64,000 nucleotides of DNA from Bugula neritina (taxonomy: Eukaryota > Animalia > Bryozoa), in NCBI GenBank assembly GCA_964035545.1, contig OZ037765.1, forward strand, positions 8,938,698 through 9,002,697, read 5' to 3'. Positions within the stretch are counted from its first letter, which is position 1. Every line of letters starts with the position of its first letter. The position numbers and the translations under genes are program-made. Positions 51,501-64,000 of the stretch are shown piece after piece. The notes below the pieces were generated by a model that searched no databases, had not been told where the DNA came from, and saw only the letters and a program-made list of their open reading frames with translations.

Positions 51501-53157
51501 TTTAAGAATAAAAAAGAGAACCAAATAAACTGGAATCTAGCTAGCACATTCCTACCTAAATTAATATAAACGTATTTTAAATTTCATTTCATTCTAAACA
51601 AGAAAAGTGGTATAATTATGCGAAGTACCAGGATAGTTAAACACAAAATATTTATATTTGTTCATCTAACAATGTTTGTAACTTGCTTCAGTTTTATGCA
51701 TTTGGAAGTTTCTTTGTTGTAAGTATACTGACCAGCTATTAGATGTTTTTAAAATTTGAACATATCTTTTAGCAAATGACTGGCGGTTTGGAGAAAAAGA
51801 CATTAGTATGGAAGTATGTTGAGTCATTGGAACCAGCCAAAGTTGTTCATGTGACATCTGCTGAGTCTAAGAAACAAGGAAACAGTTACGCTCAGGCCAC
51901 TGTCAGATTTCATTCTAAACAGGTTTGTTAGATTTAGTACAAGCCAGGCCTTACTACTGGCTACATTTTTCAAGTGCATTAACAAACCATGTTATCTTTA
52001 CCAACTAAATCTAGTATAAGGGTAGGCCAAAGCGCTATCAGTTGCTGCAGATATTTAAATGGAAGATTTTCCAAATCTTCAAAGACTTTTCAATGGCAAA
52101 TGGAAATAAGTTTCCTTGTTTCAAAGTTCTCATTTTTTGATAGCAATTATATATAAAGATGGAGAAGTTAGGTTTAGTTTAAAATTTGCGACAGATTTAA
52201 AAACAACGCCTTATCAACACTAAACAACTGTATTTGACCTTGACACAGATGAAAAAACATTCATCGCTGCAGCCCCCAATACTTGTATTATATTATAGCT
52301 AAACCTGACTGATTTTGTAAAAAAAATTATTATACATTTAGGTGTAAAATCTTACTTTAGCTGCAACAAGAACAGAAAATGATATGCTCCGAAATATATT
52401 TTTAGTTGATCCTTCAATCTCTGATAAGAGAAATACTATTCATTTCTTTTTATTCAATTATTTCCGTGTGATTTATTGTACATGATTCTTTTCAACCGGA
52501 AATACTTTCCACTTGAAGTCAATGACTATAAATATTAAGGTATCTGTCATTAAAAATAATGTTTACATATTTGTATATTTTTCTTGCATACTTCACTATA
52601 AATTTTATTTATAGTAATATCTGCAAGACTCTTGGCAATGAAAAATTTTCAATGCTGTTGCCCTGTACATAGGGTTGCCCTGTATATAGGGTTGCCCTGT
52701 ATATAGGGTTGCCCTGTATATAGGGCTATATACTTTATTTGATATATGTATTAAGTTGCACACACCACTGAGTATTGCATGCAGGTAACTGAAATAAGCC
52801 CTTTATCTGCGGTTCAAAGACCTCAGTGCATGCTCTATACATGCGTATATAACATACTAATATGTTGCATATTGATCATCATGTGTTGTGTTGCAATAGA
52901 TAATGGCAGTGTACGACAGATTTGGAAGGCTCATATTTGGCAGCAATACTGTGCCCAAAGATACACTTGATTACGTCGTATTTGAAAAGCACATCTCAGA
53001 TACTGATGGTAGATGGAGAATACATGGCAAGATTCAGCCTTCTTGGTCACAAAATTCGGACAAGATTGTACAGCGAACAATAAATATTGCTGATTTTTTC
53101 GTAGATAAAGAAGATGATTTATCAACATCTGAAAAGGATGTAGCAGTGAATGAATAA
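48519..53157 (+). CDS. MRPL45: Mitochondrial ribosomal protein mL45 (Tim44-like domain); exons 48519-48659, 48909-49047, 49327-49379, 50490-50628, 51289-51376, ~51774-51922, 52900-53157
   Basis: Transit-peptide-like N-terminus, KHFNPKWKRQR..K..KVPLPDFE, WKYVESLEPAKVVHV, YAQATVRFHSKQ, MAVYDRFGRLIFG...KDTLDYVVFEKH...WRIHGKI.P.W. Confidence 0.92.
52657..52726. repeat. 17-bp minisatellite GTTGCCCTGTATATAGG, 4 copies
   Basis: Direct reading; lies in the last MRPL45 intron. Confidence 0.92.
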
Positions 53158-54825
53158 AATTGTTGGGCAATTACTACAGCACTTTGTCTTTGGTTGAATA
53201 CAGTTTGTTTAAACTGTTTGTGACAATAGAGACTTCACAATGCTTGCTCCAACATATTTTGTAACCTGTGGCTTGTTATGTACATTTTCTAGCCTGATGT
53301 TTTGTTATAATATAATAGCTTATAATGTGAGTTGTATATTCATGTTATCAAATTACATCTCTTGGGCAAACTGTTTGGTTGACAATGCATTATTTTATAT
53401 GGGGTTTTAGAGCTCCCATTATCAATTTTATTACACAAGTCTAATGCACAATCTATTAGCAACAGAGTAATGAATGATTCAACCAATGGATTCAACATTT
53501 TGCACTTGTGCACAGAACTGTGCTTCAAGTACTAAATCTTGATCAGGTCTAGCTAGGCTGTGCAAATTCTACATAGCTACAGTACAGTATTTGATTGCAA
53601 TGGTGGCATTTTTATAAGCCTGCTAATAGTGCTTTGTGAGATTAGCCATCCTTTCATGCAACCCTGACCTAATTAGCCTCATAAATCACATTTGTCAAGA
53701 TAAGAAAAATCTTGCTAATAATAATAATCAAAGAGAACTGCAGTCGGACTATTTCAAGTTTTTTCATTTCACTAACTTGAATGTTCTGCTTTCTTCTTGG
53801 GGTTTATAAAATAAATGAAAACATCTTGACTTAATTTGCCCGCCTACAAGTGAACACCTTTAAAAAACCATGATTAATTGTCTGTATAATTCAAATAACC
53901 ACTTGTGTACATGTAAATACCTCTATTTTCTTGCCCTAGCTAGAAAATTACTGGGGTATTTTATAAAAATTTTCCTCTAAATTTACATAAAACATTGACT
54001 GGCCGCACTCTAACCTAGCCTGATGAGAACTTGTTTAGATTTCTAACTTTACAAAAATATTCATTCATATTTTTCATGAGCAAAATATCATAATTTGACT
54101 TTTAGTAAATATTGAAATATTGGCAGGTAGTTCGAGCCGAAAACAGTAGCCTCTGGTGTTGACTGTAAAATCTCCTACTTAACTTATTTATGGTGGAACA
54201 CAACTCAAGAGTTCATTTTTGCTTTAACTTTCACATCTAGCTAAATGATTTATCTTTATAATATGGATGAAAAGCTAGAGAAAGAAAGTAGTTGATAATT
54301 ATTATAATTCTTCCTCCTTTAACTTGGGTAGTGAATAAGCATACTAATAAAACAGGCTCTATCATTATCAGTATCCTATTACACGGAAGCTACAATAAGC
54401 AGTGAATTGGAATACGCACGTTACGTTCCATTGCAGTGACTATAACCAAGTCACTTGATCTATATGAACAATTGAACTAGGTTATCTTGCTGTACACACA
54501 ACATGCCATATAGTCGGATGATGGTCATTAATCAATGTTCATGGATATGCTATATATTCGAATTTTACAAGTTTTATATTTTATTTTATTAGCTGCAACT
54601 TTGTGGGAGTAATCTGCCATATGTCTATCAAAAGACAAGGTTTTTATGGGCATTTCTCTTCCTTTTGAAATGCAGTATATGCTGTATAAAACCATCAACA
54701 ATGCAATATTACGTATAGATAAGAATGATTAGCTGCACTCCCTTCTTTTTGACATTTATGAGCCGGCCCATTGCATTATCTCCAATAGCCGGTAAATTGT
54801 TTACATTGACTCATGAAATATTCCA

Positions 54826-54879
54826 GTAGTGAATACACTGTAGTGAATACTCTAGTAGTGAATACACTGTAGTGAATAG
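54826..54879. repeat. 14-bp tandem repeat GTAGTGAATACACT, about 4 copies
   Basis: Direct reading; downstream of desaturase 1. Confidence 0.85.
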
Positions 54880-55130
54880 TTGGGAATTGTAATAGAACTT
54901 TTAATAGCTTGAAATGTACACAAATGAAGTGAGAAACCATAGTTATAGTAAATTTCACCAAGAAATGAGTGAAAAATAGCTTTTATAAAAAAAGTAAAAC
55001 ACAATAAATTTAACTCCATATGTAAAGCATAGCAGTTTACAATAGAGCTGCAAGTAGAGACTTGTAGTGTGTGGCCTTCAATATAAGTCAATGTATACAG
55101 AATTGAGCAAATATACAGCATCATTACCCG

Positions 55131-56402
55131 CTAGGAATTCGGGTCTAGTGAGAAATGCTCAGACATACGTTTTAACTGAGAAAGAGTACGTTTAACAGCT
55201 TCAAACCAGCCACAATGATCATAGTGTAAGTTGTACTCATGACAAACTTTTCTCACATATTCGGTAGCTTTGCGGTAATTGTGTCTCGGCATTCGAGGGT
55301 ATAAATGATGTACTAGATGGAAATTTAGTCCTCCATGAAACCAGTCCAACCATAGTGGTGTAATAATATCAATATTACTTTCTACCTGCATTTGTGCCCA
55401 GTTCACATCTTTAGAAACGTTTTTAACATGATGATAATCTTTCGCATAATGGCTAATTAGTAACTGTATGTGCAAGATTCCTTGTATAGTTGATGCTATT
55501 CCATAAAATATGAATACATGTTTCCATGTTGGAAGGTAAGAAAGAAGAACACAGATCCAAACCCAATGTAGACCAAATGCTGCCCACTCTATCAACCTTC
55601 GCTCTTGGACCATAGAAGCTTTAATAATAGCTAATCTACCCATAAAAACGCAAAGGGGAAGGAACGTTATATGCTGAATTCGAATCAAGAAGTACGACAG
55701 TTGATTTTGATAAAAAGGCCACAGCTTTTCATTTTGAGCCCAAACTACTGATTCCATCATTTGAGGATCAGCAAAACCTATATCATGGTCAACACATGTC
55801 GTCAGCGCATGATGAATAAAGTGCTCATCTCTCCACCATGATCCACTAATTCCAAAGCAAAATGTCCCAAAGAAAGTTCCTAGCCACTTGTCTATGTGTC
55901 TGTTCTGAGAGAACTGATTGTGCTCAAAGTCATGCATAAAAAATCCACACTGCTGCCAGAAAGCAGCAAGTGCAACGGCTCCCAGGTACACTCGGTCTGA
56001 AGTTGGATAATTAGTAACAATGTACACTACAGAACATATCAGTAAAAATGTCACCAAAAATTTCTTGGCATACCAATAATAATCCGTGATAAAATATCCT
56101 TCCTTCTCAAAATATTGGCCTAAGTGAGCAAAAGCCTGACTAACTCGACTGTTTTCAACAGTAGTTTCATTCATCCTAGCATAAGGCTTCCGGTGCCTCA
56201 ACACTGATTGTCTGTGAAATCCATGGAAGACTGCAGAAGCATCTTTTCCTACAAACTGTTCGATAACTTTTCCACCAGGATGATGGGGAATGAAGTTTGT
56301 AATGTCGTACCAGTATCCATCTATACCAATAAGTTTCTTTCCTTGCTTACTGCTTTTCCAATCATGAGAAGAGCTGGTTGCTTCATTTCCATTTCTATCC
56401 AT
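55131..56402 (-). CDS. Cytochrome b5-fusion desaturase 1 (sphingolipid-desaturase-like; His boxes HDFEH, HFIHH, HLVHH), no coding introns
   Basis: HPGG heme motif, three His boxes, WLDWFHGGLNFHLVHHLYPRMPRHNYR; single ORF, first ATG at 56402. Confidence 0.93.
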   Translation of the reverse strand: MDRNGNEATSSSHDWKSSKQGKKLIGIDGYWYDITNFIPHHPGGKVIEQFVGKDASAVFHGFHRQSVLRHRKPYARMNETTVENSRVSQAFAHLGQYFEKEGYFITDYYWYAKKFLVTFLLICSVVYIVTNYPTSDRVYLGAVALAAFWQQCGFFMHDFEHNQFSQNRHIDKWLGTFFGTFCFGISGSWWRDEHFIHHALTTCVDHDIGFADPQMMESVVWAQNEKLWPFYQNQLSYFLIRIQHITFLPLCVFMGRLAIIKASMVQERRLIEWAAFGLHWVWICVLLSYLPTWKHVFIFYGIASTIQGILHIQLLISHYAKDYHHVKNVSKDVNWAQMQVESNIDIITPLWLDWFHGGLNFHLVHHLYPRMPRHNYRKATEYVRKVCHEYNLHYDHCGWFEAVKRTLSQLKRMSEHFSLDPNS

Positions 56403-59400
56403 TTGATCATTGACTAAAATCAAACAACAGTTGTAGTAACAGCAGCTGGATTTGAAGCAGACAGTAATAGGCTGTGTATCAGCGATGCAGCTATGTTGCT
56501 ATAATAAAGGTAAAACATAAAATGGTTGCACTAAGTTGATCAACTATATTGCATTGTTATAGGACAATGTTTGGATATTGTTTGTTTAACGGTTGCTAAG
56601 ACTAACTATTCATCAAACTCACTCTTATCAAGTAGAAAATCTATAGCCTACACACATTTCAGCTAGTACGTAATTCAACTAGTTCAATAATTACAGATAA
56701 AGTTAGCAGCCATAGTAACTTTGTAGTCATAAAGTTGGCTAATAAAAATCAGCATCTAGTGTGGAAAATATATTTCAGTTTACAGGTCTTGTGGGGATTT
56801 CTTCTGAATATTATAATAGCACTTTTACTACATACTTACATACATGCTATTACTCATGCATGAAGACTATGGAGATTGCCGATTGAGTTATGTATGCAGA
56901 TATTTGACATTTAATTCAGTGAGCTATGACCTAGGATCACCACCAAGATTGCACTGTTATATATGTAGATATACCAGGTGCACGTATACAATGTTAATAT
57001 ATTATTATTGCATTGCTTCAACTATCGAAGTGATGAATGGAGAGCAACTATTGGTCACAGATTTATAAAAGAACAGTTTAGGAAATGTTATTGCACATTG
57101 TATCATATAGAATTGGCATAAAGCTTTTGGAATTATAAGCTCTATAAGTTTTACCTCTTTCCCCAATTTTGCAAAACCTTACCAAATCTTATTTCCACCA
57201 CATTTAAAATAACATTTTCCTGTAAGAGGCTTTTTTGAGATACTTTGAAAATTAGCTGTCATTCTAGCATATTAATTTCATTTCTCACATCTAACATAAA
57301 CTGCAACTTTACAGGCAGCTTTCCTCTTTTATTTCCGGCATTAAATGTTGAACTTGCACGATAGTTAAGTTAATTATTATAGTCACATACCTTCCCTATC
57401 AAACCTCCCAAAAGTCTGTAGAGATTGAATTCAATTATACTTTCATTAGAATATGATAGCAAGTGGTTATTATAGAAGCTCTGCAGAGTTGAATGATATC
57501 TCACTCATCATCGAGTTATATTTATTGATACAACAGATGTCAAAATACTTCCCTCTCTATTTATAGTACTCATATGACACTCCTACAAGGAAAATTTCTA
57601 GATGATTCTCTAACGTGATTCACACTGCAGCAATTTGTTGCCAAAAAGCAGGCAGCTACTGTCAAAATTCGTTTGTTACTTACTTTAATAATGAATGAAA
57701 ACTATCCCTGAATAAATAGCACTGCACTTACACTGAATGAAACGTTCTAGGAAGTTCCTAAGTGATAGAAAAGTGGGGCACACAGTGAAGGAGCCACTTG
57801 AAATGGGAATCTATAATTCTACTTTTATAAGTCAATTTATTTACCAGCATTCAGCAAGAGCAAGAAAATAGATTGGTTTAATATTAAAGGAGAAGTTGTG
57901 TACACTCATCAGCCGAGCATATAGCAGTACTTATGTCCCAACAATATTAGGATAAAATTGGGGGTATCTGATGTATTAACTTATAGCTTATGCCTTATGC
58001 CTATTACTATTACACCACGACTAAAGAAAATTATTTAATAATTATAATATCATGGTATACTAGTTTCATGATGGTATGCCTGTTGTAAAGAAGTAACCAA
58101 TCAACTTTGAGGACTGTGTGATATGGCTCAATGTCATGCAGTAAATATACTTTTACTGAGTCAGTTTTATCGAAGCCCTGCAACATCTTATGAACTAGTT
58201 ATCAGCAGTTTGTATAATAATTATTATAATAATTACGACAGGCCATGAAAGAAATTATGCAACTATGAGTTGTCCATAGTCTTGATATGTTTACGTTGTA
58301 TAGAAGTATCTATTTGATTATTTTTATTTGACCAAAAATTATGTCATTGAGCTAAAATAAATTTACTGCACCTTCTCTTTCTCAAAAAATACATAATATT
58401 TCAGTGTATTGAAATGGGATTGTGAATGCAACTTATACTATTTTAGCTCCCCCACCAAGAAACTTTTCTTGGTAAAAAAATAACCTTGGTGACTATCTTA
58501 ACTGTGTGATTAGTTGATCATGGAGGGCTCAATCAACTACACCAAGATTGATGACAAACAGACAATTTAAATTTTTCAGCTACTACAGAAATTACTAATC
58601 AATTAAGCCGCGACAATCTGGCTTTCGTCATTAAAAGAGGCTGATGGGCTTTGCAGTTATAGATTAGAAATCTAGTGATTATGGAGTTACATTTATAAAA
58701 GTTAAGACTAAAAAGAGACATGCAGCATGACATTTATTTACTTAATAAAATTGTCAGGTGTAGTCAATAGCAATTTATTTGTTTAGTAACTCAAGCTAAA
58801 CATTTGAACAAGCTTCAAGGTGATTGCAACTTGCTCACCTTTTCTATAACTTTTTGGCATTTAAGTTTATATATTAATTCCTTTTCCGATACAGCAGATG
58901 CTGTTTTCTTAATTCAATATACTATTGGAATGAAAAGAACTATTCAGCTAGTTTTAAGAAAAAAATAATGTGTTTTTGCAAGTGATCTAGTTTCACAGCA
59001 GAATTTTTTATATTGAGAAAATAGTGCATCCTTCAAGCTTTTATAAAAAAAAGTTACTTAATTAATTGACAATTGTGCTCATAAACAACAGCTAATGAAC
59101 ATTACTCTTATACTTCTTCATAATTTCATAGAAATGTGATTTGTAAAATTGCCTAATCCATGATACCAAGTTATTTGAGAGGATACTGTACCTGCATTTT
59201 TGATACTGTTTTGGAGTTATGTTCTTATGTTGCAATTATTTGCCAAAATTTGTAAAAAAAATAGTTTTTCCATATTTTAGCAGGTTTTTCTAATTTAATT
59301 CGGTCGGAAGCCGAATTTAGTATACACATGGCTAAACACAGCTAAAAAATTTTTCACAAAGGAAAAGTATGTGTCAATATGGTGTAATTATATTTACACT

Positions 59401-61304
59401 ATCAATTATAGAATTAGTAATGCTAAATTGTAAATATAACTAATAGATTAGTAGTAACCTAGGTAAGACAGAATGGTTGATGATACAACTTATATATATG
59501 AACATATATTATGAACAGTTTTACAAACCTACAGAGCCTATAGTTAAAACCAAAAAAATCAACTTGTGCTAATGTTGATTGGATTGGTAATTATAGGTGA
59601 GCAATAGGCAAATTTATTAGATTTATTCAGAGAAGTTTGTAGTTTTTTTGAAATGGGTGTTTTTTAAATTGAATACACAAGTCTGGGTTCCCCATTAATT
59701 AATGATTTTCAAGCCATGCATGCACACATATATAATTTAAATTATTACTTACCATCACCAAAAAGATTTCAATAAAACTCTCAGCTATTAAGAATTTACT
59801 TTTTGGGGCAGAATCAACAACCAATAAAGCTGCTGCAGGTACTTCATTCTACTAGTTGAGAGCACTATGAACAAACGGCTGTTCTAACAGTATTTTAATG
59901 TGTATGAATGGGAATATCATCACAAAAGATGAATAGAGAAAGATATCATCTTAATTACCATTTTATAATGCTAAAAACTAGACCGGTAGTATATGCATGG
60001 TCACAGTAAAATATTTAACCTTGATATGCAAACTGTATTTGATGGTAACTATTTTCTGCATATGATTAAACTTAAACTAATTCACTTTGCACACAATATA
60101 GATACCGCATTATGTCATTTTTTTGTGTTAAATTTTACAGATTTGTAATAATCAATAGTACCCCAGTCTACTAAAAGGCCTTTAGTAGACTTAACATTTA
60201 AAGGCACGAGTGTGGCAATTTGCCTAAGGAAAAAAAACTAATCAGAGTTTTGGTAAATTATGTTTTAAGATTCATAAATTGAGGTAAATTGCTTCACAGG
60301 TCTAAAAGGTGTCTGCTAATACAGAATGTAGCCAGTATGAATTTCTCTCAAGAATGATATATACATTTTCGTTTAGCTTGGGTTGTTAGTAAGATAGTGG
60401 AATTGCTACAAGTATTTGTTAGAACAATCACTGTTGAAATACACTACAACTTTGCGCCTTCATCTTGAATTTTTCATCTACATAAACTGTGTATGTAGTT
60501 GGTGTAAAAGTAATATTGACATTTTTTTAGAGTTTAAGTGCCACTTGCTCTAAAATATTTAGACAACAGGTGACAGCTACATCAGACATAGAAGTATTTT
60601 CAATTTAGTATGAAAGCTTAAGCTGTTCTTACTCAAAACATTTGAACTGGTAAGACAGTTTTTCCAGTAGCGACACTCATCAACACATAATATAATATAT
60701 TAGGTAGACTATCCATTATATTAAATGTATTCTCATAATAATATAAAACCATCATGTGTTAGAAGATGCAACAGTAACAGTAAAAATTATGCATAGAGTA
60801 TAAATGCTGTGACAGCTACAAACTTGGTGACCTTTTGTAAAAAGTTATTTATATGAAAGGTACTGGGTGGAAACATCAAATCTAATACCGAGCTTCACAT
60901 ATATACTAGTACTCAATTACGTAAGCTAATACTTCAATTTAAATAAGATGCAATCCTAAAAAAAATAAAAGCTAAAGTAACACAACCTAAAATGTATAAA
61001 ATTTCAAGTTACAAAATTTATAATAATTATCTACTTACTGGCTAATAACTATAAATCAACTGCTATAATACTGAAACACTTAATTGAAATTCAAAGAAGT
61101 ATCAATTAGTATACCTAATCAATTCCAAATGTGTAGGCATAACATAGTTTTTATACTAGTCCACTGCAGTGCATAGATTTATAATAATAATTACATTTCA
61201 GCAAGTGACAAAGCTAAATGATTATTTGCTAAATATGTTAGCAAAAGTGAGCACATGTTTGAAACTGAGCAAAATTTACAAACAGGAATGATGACTTTTT
61301 TTAC

Positions 61305-62537
61305 CTATCTTGGGTCTAATGAGAAATGTTCAGAAGTTTTCTGCAAGTGTAAAAGAGTTCGTTTTACTGCTGTTGACCACTCACATGAGTCATAGTGTAA
61401 GTTGTGGGCTTCGCAAAGTTTACGCACAAATTCAGTGGCCTGTCGAAAGTTATGCCGAGGCATACGAGGATACAAATGATGTACCAAGTGAAAATTTAGA
61501 CCACCATGAAACCAGTCCATCCACCATGGGGTGAGAATGTCAATGTTGCTTTCAACTTGCATCTGAAACCACCCTTTAGTAGTTTCTATATCTTCCACAA
61601 AGTGAAACTGCTTCGAGTAATGGCTAATGAGTAATTGGATGTGCAAAATACCTTGAAGAAATGCAGCAATTAAGTAAAACAATAACCTCTCTTTCCAGTT
61701 GGATAGTTGAAACAGTAATGATGCAGTCCAGATTAGATGCAAAGAAAAAGCAACAAGTTGCTTAGGGTCTCTCTCACTTTTCATAGAATCAATCATGATG
61801 CCTATTCTGCCCAAAATTATGCAAATTGGCAAGAAGGTTATGTGCTGAACCTTAATACACCAATATTTAATCTTGGATTGATAGAATGGGTATAACTTCC
61901 AGTTTTGCACCCAAACTGGTTCTCTCATCTGTGGATCAAAGAAATTAGTCTCATAATGAACACAGGCAGTCAATGCATGATGAACAAAATGATTATGCCT
62001 CCACCATGAGCTGCTAACTCCAAAGCACATTGTCGCAAAAAATACTCCAATCCAAGAATCCAAATTTCGATTACGTGTCAACTGGTTATGTTCAGCATCG
62101 TGCATAAAGAATCCACATTGCTGCCAGAAAGCAGCAAGTGCTATTGCTCCAAATAGGCGATACGGTGATTCAACCCAACAAACGAGCCCCATGCATGTGC
62201 CAAGCATACAAAAGGTTACTATTAACTTCCGGCAATACCAGTAATAATCCGTTTTAAAGTAGCCTTGTCGCTCAAACCATTCACCAAGATTAGCAAAAGC
62301 TTCATTAATGGCATCCAATTCATGATTTACTTGCACTTTGGCTACAGGCTTTCGATGTTTTAAAATAATTGGTTTATGGAAAGCCTGAAAAACTGCAGAA
62401 GCATCTTTTCCAACAAACCTGTTGATAGTTCCACCAGGGTGGTAGTCAATAAAATTTGTGATGTCATACCAATTCCCATCAACAGCTATTAGCTTCTTTT
62501 CCGTAATTCCAGATTCACATAGACCCTTATCACCCAT
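61305..62537 (-). CDS. Cytochrome b5-fusion desaturase 2 (paralog; His boxes HDAEH, HFVHH, HLVHH), no coding introns
   Basis: 410-aa single ORF with HPGG and WMDWFHGGLNFHLVHHLYPRMPRHNFR; colinear with desaturase 1. Confidence 0.94.
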   Translation of the reverse strand: MGDKGLCESGITEKKLIAVDGNWYDITNFIDYHPGGTINRFVGKDASAVFQAFHKPIILKHRKPVAKVQVNHELDAINEAFANLGEWFERQGYFKTDYYWYCRKLIVTFCMLGTCMGLVCWVESPYRLFGAIALAAFWQQCGFFMHDAEHNQLTRNRNLDSWIGVFFATMCFGVSSSWWRHNHFVHHALTACVHYETNFFDPQMREPVWVQNWKLYPFYQSKIKYWCIKVQHITFLPICIILGRIGIMIDSMKSERDPKQLVAFSLHLIWTASLLFQLSNWKERLLFYLIAAFLQGILHIQLLISHYSKQFHFVEDIETTKGWFQMQVESNIDILTPWWMDWFHGGLNFHLVHHLYPRMPRHNFRQATEFVRKLCEAHNLHYDSCEWSTAVKRTLLHLQKTSEHFSLDPR

Positions 62538-64000
62538 TTCAGTGATTTGAAAGACACTTTATTTGTATATTCAAAATTCATGCATTTACCTTGCACGCTG
62601 AGTGTGAAAAATGAAGAGTGGTAGCAATGCATGTGTGTAACAGAAGCTGTAGCCTGTGATACCATTATTTTTAGTTGTACTAATATTTCATGATGATTAT
62701 ATAGGTCAAATACAAAGTACATACAGCTTAGTATTACAAGTAATCAAGCCAACATTAATCATAATGGCAGCAACAGTTTATACAGACAGTATAATCTTTT
62801 AACCTGTCATGGAAATTACTATTGGTCTAATAGTGGTTTGTTAGTAGCAGTGGTTAAGATGAACTCACTGACAAGGTTGCACTTTGAATAGACCATGTAA
62901 GGACATTATGGGGCAAAACTTAAATTTTACCATGAAATGCAAACTTACATAATGAAAAATAATATAACTTTCTCAAATACAAAACAACAACAATTAATCC
63001 CTTGTTTAAAAGTTCCTTGCACTTTTAGCTTCTTCAAAAATAGTCAGAAATCAAAACCTAGTTTGTAGTAGATCAAAACCACTATGCTAGGTCAAAGTTT
63101 TTTTCATAATGAGTTCCAAAAAGATTTATTTTTCTATAAATTAATTTATATGCAATATTAGGCAGTTGACAGCTTTATGATGAAAGCTAATCAAGAAATG
63201 CAAACAAATTTACCAAAATACATATTGCTGCAACTCAATTTTATTTTTGCAAGCTATGTAGTAAATGCATTATTTAAAATATTTTATTTGGTAACAAATA
63301 ACTGATAGCTACCGAGACTGTTTTCAAAATTAATTTTTTTGAATAAATGGGTACAAAAACAAACAAACTTTGAAATGTGTTCATTTTTTGTGTTTACTAT
63401 ATGCACACATGTGCATTAAAAGTTTTGAAACACTTTAAAACTGGAAATCAATTACAAAACATCTACAAAAATCTCTTTTTACTATAATGTGCTGTAAAAG
63501 TGCACATATGAAAATTGTTTGAAGGTAGCATGGAGATGGAAAACCAAAACATACAAATATGTATGTGCATATTTTACAAGTTTTGTGGGCTTGAACATGC
63601 TTAATATAAAGTAATCAAAAATGTGGTTTAATTTTGTTAGTAGAAAATATAAGTTTTAAGTATACGCAAGAAAGTCATTGAGCAATATTACAACCTTACA
63701 TCTGTATAAGCTCAAAAAATGCTACAATAAATCATAAAGTAAAGCAGAGCCATGTCAGTTAAATAGCCACTGTGCTATACCGCGATACGCTAAAAAGTTG
63801 CATTTGTTCACACTCTATAAAGGTTAATGCAGTTAAATATTATTTCTGAAAGCAATAGGAATGGGCCGTCATAAATCATTCACTTTGCTTATGCTTTGCA
63901 ACTAAATGCAAGCAAAACCAAACGCACCATAACCACACTAACTTTCACTCAAGCGTATTTGGTCCTAATAGGAACAGATATAACTTTGCTACAAAGAGCA

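Noticed and set aside
52657-52726. CRISPR-like palindromic repeat
   Set aside because: No spacers, no cas genes, eukaryotic intron.
56403-56423. ORF-track start of desaturase 1 at a TTG codon (and similar TTG/GTG starts elsewhere)
   Set aside because: Bacterial-style start calls; eukaryotic ATG starts and splice sites were used instead.

Overview
AT-rich, intron-containing animal genomic DNA, probably from a marine invertebrate (inferred from the NitFhit fusion, retained U12 introns and the transposon repertoire). 1-8.5 kb is a nest of mobile DNA: a nearly intact Ty3/Gypsy retrotransposon inserted into a decayed Polinton/Maverick-type PolB gene, which also carries a tRNA-Gly-like head and an inverted solo LTR. 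8.6-19.8 kb is a duplicated tetraspanin locus in which one copy has three tandem, intact, phase-0 exons for the large extracellular loop ahead of a single terminal exon. A compact gene block follows: calumenin (-), a short RING+B-box gene (-), NEK4 (+), NitFhit (+, two U12-type introns), ARP5 (-) and MRPL45 (+, GC-AG intron). Two tandem cytochrome-b5-fusion desaturases (-) with uninterrupted coding sequences come last. Top leads: (1) both desaturases have His instead of Gln at the start of His-box 3 and look like sphingolipid desaturases, making them candidate animal delta-10 long-chain-base desaturases; (2) the tetraspanin EC2 exon array may be a mutually exclusive cassette; (3) a complete type I hammerhead ribozyme at 33962-34006 (-); (4) two minor-spliceosome introns at catalytic motifs of NitFhit. 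All coordinates were read by hand and no searches were run.
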